DNA of 64,000 nucleotides from Macrostomum lignano (taxonomy: Eukaryota), in assembly GCA_002269645.1 (NCBI GenBank), contig NIVC01000257.1:124001-188000 (forward strand), written 5' to 3'. The first letter of the stretch is position 1. Each line of letters starts with the position of its first letter. This document shows positions 11,857 through 22,869 of this stretch, in pieces. The position numbers and the translations under genes are program-made. Under the pieces are notes generated by a model that saw only the letters and a list, made by a program, of their open reading frames with translations, did not search any database and was not told the DNA's origin.

Positions 11857-12245
11857 ACCCATAGAGATATGAGATACACCCATAGAGATACACCCATAGA
11901 GATATACCCATAGAGATAAGAGATATGCCCATAGAGATATACCCATTGAGATACACCCATAGAGATAAGAGATATGCCCATAGAGATATACCCATTGAGA
12001 TAATAGATATGCTCATAGAGATATACCCATAGAGATAAGAGATATGCTCATAGAGATACACCCATAGAGATAAGAGATATGCCCATAGAGATATACCCAT
12101 AGAGATAAGAGATATGCCCATAGAGATACACCCATAGAGATAAGAGATATGCCCATAGAGATATACCCATAGAGATAAGAGATATGCCCATAGAGATATA
12201 CCCATAGAGATAAGAGATACGCTCATAGATATATACCCATAGAGA
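11857..12245. repeat. Compound minisatellite (21-bp CCCATAGAGATAAGAGATATG plus 14-bp CCCATAGAGATATA; 35-bp period)
   Basis: Alternating related subunits. Confidence 0.93.
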
Positions 12246-13530
12246 TCTATCTGTGGAGACAGACACAGAAATCAACATCTAACTGAGATTCTGACAGTTA
12301 CAGTGCATCTAAATTTTTGTTAGTTTTCATGCATAAAAAAGCTTTCCAGACGCAGTAGCCCTACTAACCTAACAAGTAGTATTGATGCTAAGATCCTCAA
12401 TATTCGCTATCTTTGTTTTCAAGAGTTTATTTTACTTAATTTTCGCCAGAGGCGGGCACTGACGAGTGCACATTATCATGACTAAGACGGCTAAGAGTGT
12501 TGCATCGCGCATTTCTTTCGGAAAATCTTTCCAAGGCGCTCATAAATAAGCAAAGTATCAAGTATCAATATTAGCAAGTTCCTCTGCTTCAGCATTGTTA
12601 TGAAATGGTCATTTATTGCCCAGCTAAACTTCTCTTTTATGCTTATTTCATATATTTTCTTCCATTCATCTCAACCACGTTCGCGTCGTTGCTATTGTGA
12701 TATTTTTTGCCTTTTTCACGTTTTCCTGCGGCTCTGTGGCGAAATATTTCTGGGTTTTTTTGGTCGCGTTGCCAGCCTGTCTACTAGGAGACAGAAGACC
12801 CGAGTTGCCAGACTCTAAGAGCACGCATGCTGCAGCATGTCAACTCGGGGATTGAAGGGGCAGGCGACACAGCCCATGAGTCACGCGCTCTGCCTTTAAA
12901 CTGAAAGCAGAAGACACCACCCGCAGCGCGAAAGAAGAAACGCGATTTAGAATTGCAGGTGAGGCGAGACGGGGAGTGGCAGAGCAACTCAACAATGAGT
13001 CTTACATTGTCGAGCTATAATACAGTTCTGCGGCTCGCACAGGCAAACAAATGGCTTGTTTATTTAGGCTATTCCTGTCCAAGGAGGGACGGGACGTCGG
13101 GGGTGCAGGGTGCTCTGGGTGCTCAGAACTGCAGGTGACTGGGCTATTGCACAGGTATCAAGCCTTCCCTGTCATGCGATGACGCAGCAGTTCTTTTAGG
13201 CGGGGAGTCTGCGTTTACCACTTTGGAAGTAAGTTTCAATTTTTTTTAATTAATCCGTCCATTTCAGAGTTGAGGCTATAGGAGGCGCTAAGTAGCAATT
13301 AGAACTTTGACTGGGGTTTCTGGGCACAATATTTGGCGAAAATTTTGTATTGCGCAGTGGCCAGGAGCATTCGGCCTGATTCACCTCGCACTTTGAGCAT
13401 CTCTACTTTCTGTAGAAGCTAAAAAGCTATTAGCCAAAGTTTGAAGAGATAAAAGCTTTGCAAATTTCTTTGATAGCGTTTCATTTGATTTCTTCCAGTT
13501 TTAATCATTGTCACAATCATCCACATAGAA

Positions 13531-13933
13531 CAGGTGTCGGCAGACTTTTTACCACACGGGCCAGATGAGAGTGGAAAGGAGAGGCAATAGAAGATGAGAG
13601 ACGAGAGAAGAGACGGGGTGAGGATTGGGATTAGTGAAGAGATAAGGGAAAAGAGAAAAGGAGAGAAAAGGAGAGATGAGAGAGAGGAGAGGGGAGAGGG
13701 GAGAGAAGAGAGGGAAGAGAGGAGATAGGAGAGGAGACGGAGAGAGAAGAGAAGGAGGGGAGAGGGGAGAGAGAGGAGGGGAGAGAGGAAGGAGGGGAGA
13801 GGACAGGATGGGAGAGATGGGAGGAGAGGAGACAAAAAGACAACCTTGACCCAGCCGGATTGCTATTGTGAAGTTTCAGAGGACCAGAGGGCCGGATGGA
13901 GAGGCTTTGCGGGCCGGAGTCTGCCGACCCCTG
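13531..13933. mobile_element. Non-autonomous hAT-type DNA transposon (MITE), 403 bp
   Basis: TIRs CAGGTGTCGGCAGACT and AGTCTGCCGACCCCTG (15/16 match). Exact 8-bp TSD ACATAGAA at 13523-13530 and 13934-13941. The interior is GA-rich with no transposase. Confidence 0.9.
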
Positions 13934-14279
13934 ACATAGAAAATCGATACAATAATAGCCAACCATAATTCACAGCTACCACACGCAAGAAATTCGCATG
14001 TAGCACCAAAAAATGTCGACTTCTTTTAGAAGCCTGCCCGTATTGCGAGTCCCTTGTGTAAGAAAACTACTTCTATAATAGGCAACTCTACCGCAAAAAA
14101 GCAGTGCCAGGCAAATGAGAGAGAGAGAGAGAGAGAGAAACGGAATGTGAGAACACAGGAGCCCGGGTGAGAAACACTTCTCTTCCAGTTCCAGAAGAAA
14201 ATAGAAGCAGTAAAAAAGCAAAAAAATAATAATACGCTTGCTCCGTCAGCTAAGCTCAAGTACTACGCGCGCGGGTCAA

Positions 14280-14306
14280 TCTGATTGGCTGTCGTCAATG
14301 GCAACG
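14280..14306 (+). promoter_or_regulatory. Candidate promoter motifs: reverse CCAAT box (GATTGG) and RFX X-box-like GTCGTCAATGGCAAC
   Basis: The motifs lie just upstream of the first exons of the SAM-RhoGAP-START gene, in the divergent interval with MATE. Motif match only. Confidence 0.3.
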
Positions 14307-14458
14307 AAAGAGCGTCGGTACGGCCGCACCCTCGCAGCGCCTTGGGAATTGGCGAATTGCCGCGCAGAGAAAAATGATATTTATGGAGCAGCGGAAGGTG
14401 AGAGAGATGCGGCAAAGATTTCGAGTCTTACCGGTAGTTACTAGGATTTGCCCTGAAG

Positions 14459-17400
14459 ATGCTCTCCCAGGCCGACGTTCACCGGCTGTCGAACCCGCGG
14501 TTCAGCCGGCTGCTGCAGGACGCCGGTTTCGACCCGCTGGACCAGTCCGAGGAGCAGCTGCTCACACAGATCGGCGACCAGCAGTTTGGCTTCTTCTATC
14601 CGACCTGCAAGTTTGTTAACGGTGAGTTGCTGGAAAAAACAGTTAAAAATAACAGGCCGAACTGTAAGAGCTTAGTAGTAGTTCAAGAAGGAAGAATTTG
14701 GGATGCGTTGAAGGAGACGAAACTGTAGGCAGTGCAGGTGCGGGAAATGAAGGAGCTGGAAGTGCAGGTGCGGGAAATGAAGGAGCTGGAAGTGCAGGTG
14801 CGGGAAATGAAGGAGCTGGAAGTGCAGGTGCGGGAAATGAAGGAGCTGGAAGTGCAGGTGCGGGAAATGAAGGAGCTGGAAGTGCAGGTGCGGGAAATGA
14901 TGGAGCTACGGATCGTAAAATAAAGAAACTGAAGGAATGAAGGCAGTGAAGGTACTGGAAATGAAGGCAGTGAAGGTAATGGAAATGAAGGCAGTGAAGG
15001 TACTGGAAATGAAGGCAGTGAAATACTGGGAAGGTATGAAGGCAGTGAAGGTACTGGAAATGAAGGCAGTGAAGGTAACTGGAAATGAAGGCAGTGAAGG
15101 TACTGGAAATGAAGGCAGTGAAGGAACTGGAAATGAAGGCAAGTGAAGGAACTGGAATGAAGAGTGAAGGAACTGGAATGAAGAAGTGAAGGAACTGGGA
15201 ATGAATGAAGTGAAGGAACTGGGAATGAATGAAGTGAAGGAACTGGGAATGAATGAAGTGAAGGTACTGGGAATGAAGGCAGTAAAGGAACTGGGAATGA
15301 ATGAAGTGAAGGAACTGGGAATGAATGAAGTGAAGGAACTGGGAATGAATGAAGTGAAGGAACTGGGAATGAATGAAGTGAAGGAACTGGGAATGAAGGC
15401 AGTGAAGGTACTGGAAATGAAGGCAGTAAAGGAACTGGGAATGAATGAAGTGAAGGAACTGGAATGAAGGCAGTGAAGGTACTGGAAATGAAGGCAGTAA
15501 AGGAACTGGGAATGAATGAAGTGAAGGAACTAGGAATGAATGAAGTGAGTGAAGAATGAAGTAAAACTGGAAATGAAGGCAGTGAAGGTACTGGAAATGA
15601 AGGCAGTAAAGGAACTAGGAATGAATGAAGTGAAGGAACTGGGAATGAAGGCAGTGAAGGTACTGGAAATGAAGGCAGTAAAGGAACTGGGAATGAATGA
15701 AGTGAAGGAACTGGAAATGAAGGCAGTATGAAGGTACTTGAAATGAAAACTGCCCATCAAACATGTTTTCCACATACCTACACCCACAGTCTCCCTCTGG
15801 CACAAGGCAAAACTGTTGTGGTGACTCAGTTTGTCTGCTCAGGGCGCCCACACACACACACGCACACACAGAGCTGTGATGCCTCGCTCGTCTGGGGGGT
15901 GGGAGGAAACTAAACACAAAGTCCCGTCTGTCGCCAACTTTTCCGAATTCTGTTATTCTCGTCTCAAATTAAATATGCATTTCGATCTTCTAAATCTGAA
16001 TCGCCCTGTCCTGGCATGTCTGCTGTCTACCTGCCTGTGAGGGAAAACGTGCGAGACACCATAGTTTCTTTTTTTCAAACGTTTTTTCTTCTTTCCGTTT
16101 CTATCTCGTCAAGGCCTGGAGGAGAGAGTTTAACGCAAGGTACATACGCAACTATGCATGCCCCGAAATTGACATACCGGTCACACTACTAGCAGTAGGC
16201 TGACTGAACGCTAAATATGAACTTTTTCTTTCTTATCTGTCGATTTGCAGAGGCCATCGCCATTTGCCAGTGGCTGGACAAGACAGGCGCTTCGGGCAGA
16301 CAGCAGCAATGTAAGAGCTTTAGATATGTGCCCGTGCGTGTTGCTGTTGTACTTTTATTTTGTAACTAACGGCATTCCTGTAGCACTGTATTGATGCAAT
16401 AGCCAACAGCTGTGTCTCGTACCGCAGACTTTACGTATGGCAACTTTATTTTCCTATTTCAGACCCAGCAGCGCAGTGGGGTGCCATCCTGGTCGATCCC
16501 GGACTTGTGGACATGTACGTATGGCCCACATTCCGTCTCCAGGTGTTCCAGACGGCTCCCAAATTTTCGCGTCACCTTGGTTCTGACTCTCACCTCAGCG
16601 ATCTCCAACTCTCTCCTGAACAATCTCTGCCTTTAACTAAATTACCCTTCTGACTCTCACTAATTACCCGCCTGACTCTCACTAATTAACCTTCTGACTC
16701 TCACTAAATAACCTTTAGCCTTTCACTGAATAACCTCCTGACTCTCACCTAAATAATCTCTGACTTTTACTCAACGAACTCTGACTCTCAACTCGGCATC
16801 ACTGACTCTTACTTCATTAATCTCTGACTCTCACCTCAACGATCCCTGACTCTGTCCTAAACAATGTCTCACCTGGATAATCCTCTGAGTTTCAACTGTC
16901 ATCCCACAAGCCTCTGGCTCTTCATCATGCAATTCACTTTGATTTTATCTGCAAATATCCATCGAATTCCTCTAAGCCTCATCATTCCAATTCCCCACTC
17001 TCTCCAGCCGGGTCCGCCGTCTCTCCGAGCTGACAGCAATCCTTCGTCAGCACCTGCTGACAGCGCCGACACAGTCTGACAAGCCGGCTACATCGGCCAG
17101 TGGGCGTCGGCGGCCAGCCTCGGGACTCTGGTCGCTTTGCCCGTGTCAACACGCCGATTTTGCTGACAAAGGCGGGCTGCGGCCGCTGCTGCCGAAGCTG
17201 CTGTGGCGTCGATTCCGGCTGAAACGGACAGACTGAGTGCACTGGTGAGATGTTCCTGGTTGAATGTGCGCAGTGCACTGATGCACCTGTGAAGCTTTGC
17301 TACTTGTGCGCTTTTAAATTGCGCAGTTCATCACAGGGTGTGACTTCGGGTACTGCCGCAATACTGTGGATGTCATACTGCGGATGTCATACTGTGGATG

Positions 17401-20400
17401 TCATACTGTGGATGTCATACTGTAGATGTCATACTATGGATGTCATACTGTGGATGTCATACTGTGGATGTCATACTGTGGATTGTCATGCTGTGGATGT
17501 CATACTGTGGATTGTCATGCTGTGGATGTCATACTGTGGATGTCATACTGTGGATGTCATACTGTGGATGTCATACTGTAGATGTCATACTGTGGATGTC
17601 ATACTGTGGATGTCATACTGTAGATGTCATACTGTGGATGTCATACTGCGGATGTCATACTGTGGATGTCATACTGTGGATGTCATACTGTGGATTGTCA
17701 TGCTGTGGATGTCATACTGTGGATGTCATACTGTGGATGTCATACTGTGGATGTCATACTGTGGATTGTCATACTGCGGATGTCATACTGTGGATGTCAT
17801 ACTGTGGATGTCATACTGTGGATGTCATACTGCGGATGTCATACTGTGGATGTCATACTGTGGATGTCATACTGTGGATGTCATACTGTGGATGTCATAC
17901 TGTGGATGTCATACTGTGGATTGTCATACTGTGGATGTCATACTGTGGATGTCATACTGTGGATGTCATACTATGCATGTCATACTGTGGATGTCATACT
18001 GTGGATGTCATACTGTGGATGTCATACTGTGGATTTCATACTGTGGATGTCATACTGTGGATGTCATACTGTGGATGTCATACTGTGGATGTCATACTGT
18101 GGATTTCATACTGTGGATGTCATACTGTGGATGTCATACTGTGGATGTCATACTGTGGATTGTCATGCTGTGGATGTCATACTGTGGATGTCATACTGTG
18201 GATGTCATACTGTGGATGTCATACTGTAGATGTCATACTGTGGATGTCATACTGCGGATGTCATACTGTGGATGTCATACTGTGGATGTCATACTGTGGA
18301 TTGTCATGCTGTGGATGTCATACTGTGGATGTCATACTGTGGATGTCATACTGTGGATGTCATACTGTGGATGTCATACTGCGGATGTCATACTGTGGAT
18401 GTCATACTGTGGATGTCATACTGTGGATGTCATACTGCGGATGTCATACTGTCGATGTCATACTGTGGATGTCATACTGTGGATGTCATACTGTGGATGT
18501 CATACTGTGGATGTCATACTGTGGATTGTCATACTGTGGATGTCATACTGTGGATGTCATACTGTGGATGTCATACTATGCATGTCATACTGTGGATGTC
18601 ATACTGTGGATGTCATACTGTGGATGTCATACTGTGGATTTCATACTGTGGATGTCATACTGTGGATGTCATACTGTGGATGTCATACTGTGGATGTCAT
18701 ACTGTGGGTGTCATACTGTGGATGTCATACTGTGGATGTCATACTGTGGATGTCATACTGTGGATGTCATACTGCGGATGTCATACTGTGGATGTCATAC
18801 TGTGGATGTCATACTGCGGATGTCATACTGTGGATGTCATACTGTGGATGTCATACTGTGGATGTCATACTGCGGATGTCATACTGTGGATGTCATACTG
18901 TGGATGTCATACTGTGGATGTCATACTGTGGATGTCACACTGTGGATGTCATACTGTGGATGTCATACTGTGGATGTCATACTCTGGGTGTCATACTGTG
19001 GATGTCATACTGTGGATGTCATCGCTTATGACAGCATCCCTTTAAAAGCTCACTGAATCCATATAAATTTTACTACAGAGAAGGCGCATTTCTCAAGCTT
19101 CAAAGTGTCTCCCCTGGCTAACAACGTTACTCTGCCCTGGTATGCATCAGCGTACCGAGAAGATTTGCCTGGATTAATTCATTTTGCTGGATCGCGCTAG
19201 CAGAGAATCTATGTTTATCTAAAGCTAACTAAACTAGAACTTTAGTGGAGGCTGATGCAGAAAAATGGAAGAGTGTGTGTGTGTGTGTGCACGCTTGATC
19301 CCATGCACTTTCGGCACTTGCCTTGCTCCCCCCAGTCTCCCTCCCACCTCCCTTCCCCTCCCAGCCTCCCCATCCCCATCTCGCCCCGCGCTATACCACC
19401 CTTCCAACCGTCGCACACAGTGCACTGCTGGAGAGCCGGGGGGGGGGGGGTTGGACCTTGGCGGCGGTGGCAGAAGACCGCTGATTTCCTGGCCACTCCG
19501 GGACTGACCAAGCAGCTCCTCCCACTCGCTCAGCACTAGCTGCTGCGGCGGCTGGGCTATAAGCCTTATAATAAGGGGCAGATCCAGAAGAACAGAAGAG
19601 AAGCTAACAGCAAAAAAGCCCCCGCTCGCTTGAAGTGCTTGGCGACTGTCGCTGGTTTGCTAAGGCCTGGCTATATTTAGTCTGCCAGCACCGATCGGGG
19701 TCGGCTGGCGGACAGAATTCAGCCGCAATTATCATTTAATTGGCATTTTAAGTAAGCATTCAGCAACGATTGCTTCGTTGCGACGATTTGCACTTTTAAC
19801 AGTTTTAACACTTTTTTAGCCTTCGGTCCTGTTTCCCTTGTTCCAGCCTTTGTCCTTCTCCTTTCTCCCTTCTCCCTTTTCCCTTTTCCCTTCTCCTTTC
19901 TCCCTTCTCCCTTTTCCCTTTTCCCTTTTCCCTTTTCCCTTCTCCCTTCTCCCTTCTCTCTTTCCCTTCTCTCTTCTCCCTTCTCCTTCTCCCTTCTCCC
20001 ATCTCCCATCCCCAATCTCCCTTCTCCCTTCTCCTTTCTCCCATCTCCCTTCTCTCTTTTCCCATCTCCCATCTCCCTTCTCTCTTCTCCCTTCTCCCTT
20101 CTCTCTTTTCCCATATCCCATCTCCCTTCTCTCTTCTCCCTTCTCCCTTCTCTCTTTTCCCATCTCCCTTCTCCCTTCTCCCATCTCCCATCTCCCTTCT
20201 CTCTTCTCCCTTCTCCCTTTTCCCTTCTCCCATCTCCCATCTTCCTTCTCCCTTCTCCCTTCTCCCTTCTCCCATCTCCCATCCCCAATCTCCCTTCTCC
20301 CTTCTCCTTTCTTCCATCTCCCTTCTCTCTTTTTCCATCTCCCATCTCCCTTCTCTCTTCTCCCTTCTCCCTTCTCTCTTTTCCCATCTCCCATCTCCCT

Positions 20401-22009
20401 TCTCTCTTCTCCCTTCTCCCTTCTCTCTTTTCCCATCTCCCTTCTCCCTTCTCCCATCTCCCATCTCCCTTCTCTCTTCTCCCTTCTCCCTTTTCCCTTC
20501 TCCCATCTCCCATCTTCCTTCTCCCTTCTCCTTTCTTCCATCTCCCTTTTCCCTTCTCCCTTCTCTCTTCCCCCATCTCCCTTCTCCTTCTCTTCCCTCT
20601 CTCTCCTCCTGCCTCCCCCTCTAATCAGTCATGTAAAATTTACTCTTGTCATGGTTTGCGAAAAATTGCTTTTTTTAAGAAAAAAAACATTCGCAAGAAC
20701 CTACTGTAATTAGTAGAAATAGCATTATCACAAACAATGTCTTAATCGTATAGACAATGACTGATACAGCTTACTATAAGTAGCATATCGAGAAGAACGC
20801 ACGGCAACAAGTCAAAGTGTGCGTTGGCAAAGGAAATTGCGCACAATTTTAATGTAGAGAGAATTTAGTGCCCTAAGTTGCGCCAATCTTTAGCGAACTC
20901 GTTCGACATGGCGCTAAATTGAAATGGTGAAATCTCTAGAAACCTACGTTTGTGCGGTACCTTCTGCATTAGCGCATAACATAATACGGTATACCTCCCA
21001 GAGCGTAAAGCTTACATGCAAATTTTGTTAAACACTCGCTGCTTTCTTGTTTACCAATCAAAATAAGATATTCATTCGACCATTGGGGTGTGAGATCTTT
21101 TCTAGTTTGCTGTCCCGTCCGGCCTTATCTTCCGGTCTTCTGCTTTTAGGCGCTAGCAATGGAAGCAGTGTACGTACATGTATACAAGCAAAATAGCTAA
21201 ATCGCATTCTGAAAGGCACGCGTTTACAAACTCAGCCAAAGATAAAATCAGGTGATATCTCTGAACACTGTGCTGCTTCTGCTGCTGCCATTTTGACAAG
21301 CTGCTGGCCGCTAAGCAGCAGATTGAAGGCTGAAATTAAAAGAAGATCTTTCTTCAAAAGCAGACTATTATTGCCTCTGAAGCATTCGAATGTGAGTAAC
21401 TTTTACCCTTTCTCAGCATCCTATTCCCTCATTTTATGAGCCATTCACTCAATATCATAAATCATTCACTCATATCATGAACCATTCACCTAATATTATC
21501 AACCACTCACTCATATTATCAACCATTCACTCATATCATCAACCATTCACTCATATCATCAACCATTCACTCATATCATGAACAATTCACTCATGTGATC
21601 TCTTATTTTCTATAATAGCATCCCATGACGCGATGAATCATTAGCAGAGACAGCAAACAGCAGTCCCTTAAAATTTCTTGCAAAAGCAGCCATAACTCGT
21701 ACAAGCTCGAACAGTAGAGCAGAAGGCTCTGCAAAATGCACTTATTTACTTTCATAATTGCTTGGGTGACAAGCGTCGCCCATACTCCACACTCTCGCCA
21801 CCCCACTGCTATAATACGCATTAGTATGCATCTGCTCAACCGCAGTGACGGGGAGAGGTGGCGATGCGAGTGCAAGAGAAATGATACCATATTCGGTGCA
21901 GAACTCCTCTCGGTGAAGGGGGCTCCGCTGCATGAGCTGTCGTATTTCTTAGTAATAAATTCACTTTTCAAGCTGTCTCACTGGAAACTGGTCGATAGAA
22001 TGCAAGAGT

Positions 22010-22041
<32 letters not shown>

Positions 22042-22836
22042 CGAGTCTTCTGCCTGGCCAGCCATGGCCCAATAAATTCTCTTTTATTATTAATTTTTTG
22101 TTCTTTCCTTCCCTTATGCTTGTCAAACCCGTCCATCTGAGGGTAGGCGATGAAAGTGAAAGGCAATAAAACGTTAGTATATAAGTGAATAGGCTTTCTT
22201 CAACATTAACAACTTCGCAATTACCGGACAATAAAACTGGCCCGTGGACCCCGCACGGACAGGCCTGCTCCAGTACGTTCTTTTCTCTCTGACTGACCGG
22301 GACGCAAATCTGCGCAGAAGTTGATCTCGACATAGGTGCCAATTCCCCCCCCACAGCCTACCCCAGTCCCTATTCCACAGCTTGATATTAATTCTAGCTT
22401 TAGAAAGTCATGCAATGGTAGAGATGAAATTTTGTGAACGCCATTTTCAATGACCATTTATTTGGTCACGGTTGGGTCCATGGCTAATTCGCATCCAACT
22501 AAATCATCGCAGACTCATAGAAACGGTCGCGAGTTCGAAGGCAGCAGCACCAGCAGCAACAGCAGCAGTACATCAGCTGTTGGCGAGTCAACTCGCGGCT
22601 CTTGCCCGAGTCGCCAGGGCGCCGACGGCGGCGACAGCGGCGGCGGAGTTGGTGGCGTTGTACCTGACGCCTGTGGTAGCGGAGTCGGCGGCGTCGGAGC
22701 CAGCGGCGGCGGAGGCGGAGGCGGCACCAGCGGCGGCTTCGGCCTTCTCCGTTCAGCAAGCGGTCGCATCAAGTCGACTTTCTCTCGCCTGCAGCGCGAC
22801 GGATTCGCGTTCCGATCGCTGCGACGTCGGGGTCAT

Positions 22837-22869
<33 letters not shown>

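Noticed and set aside
17250-19056. 593- and 552-aa Cys/His-rich ORFs resembling metal-binding repeat proteins
   Set aside because: They are translations of a 14-bp unit cycling through all frames, lie in an intron and have no splice or start context.
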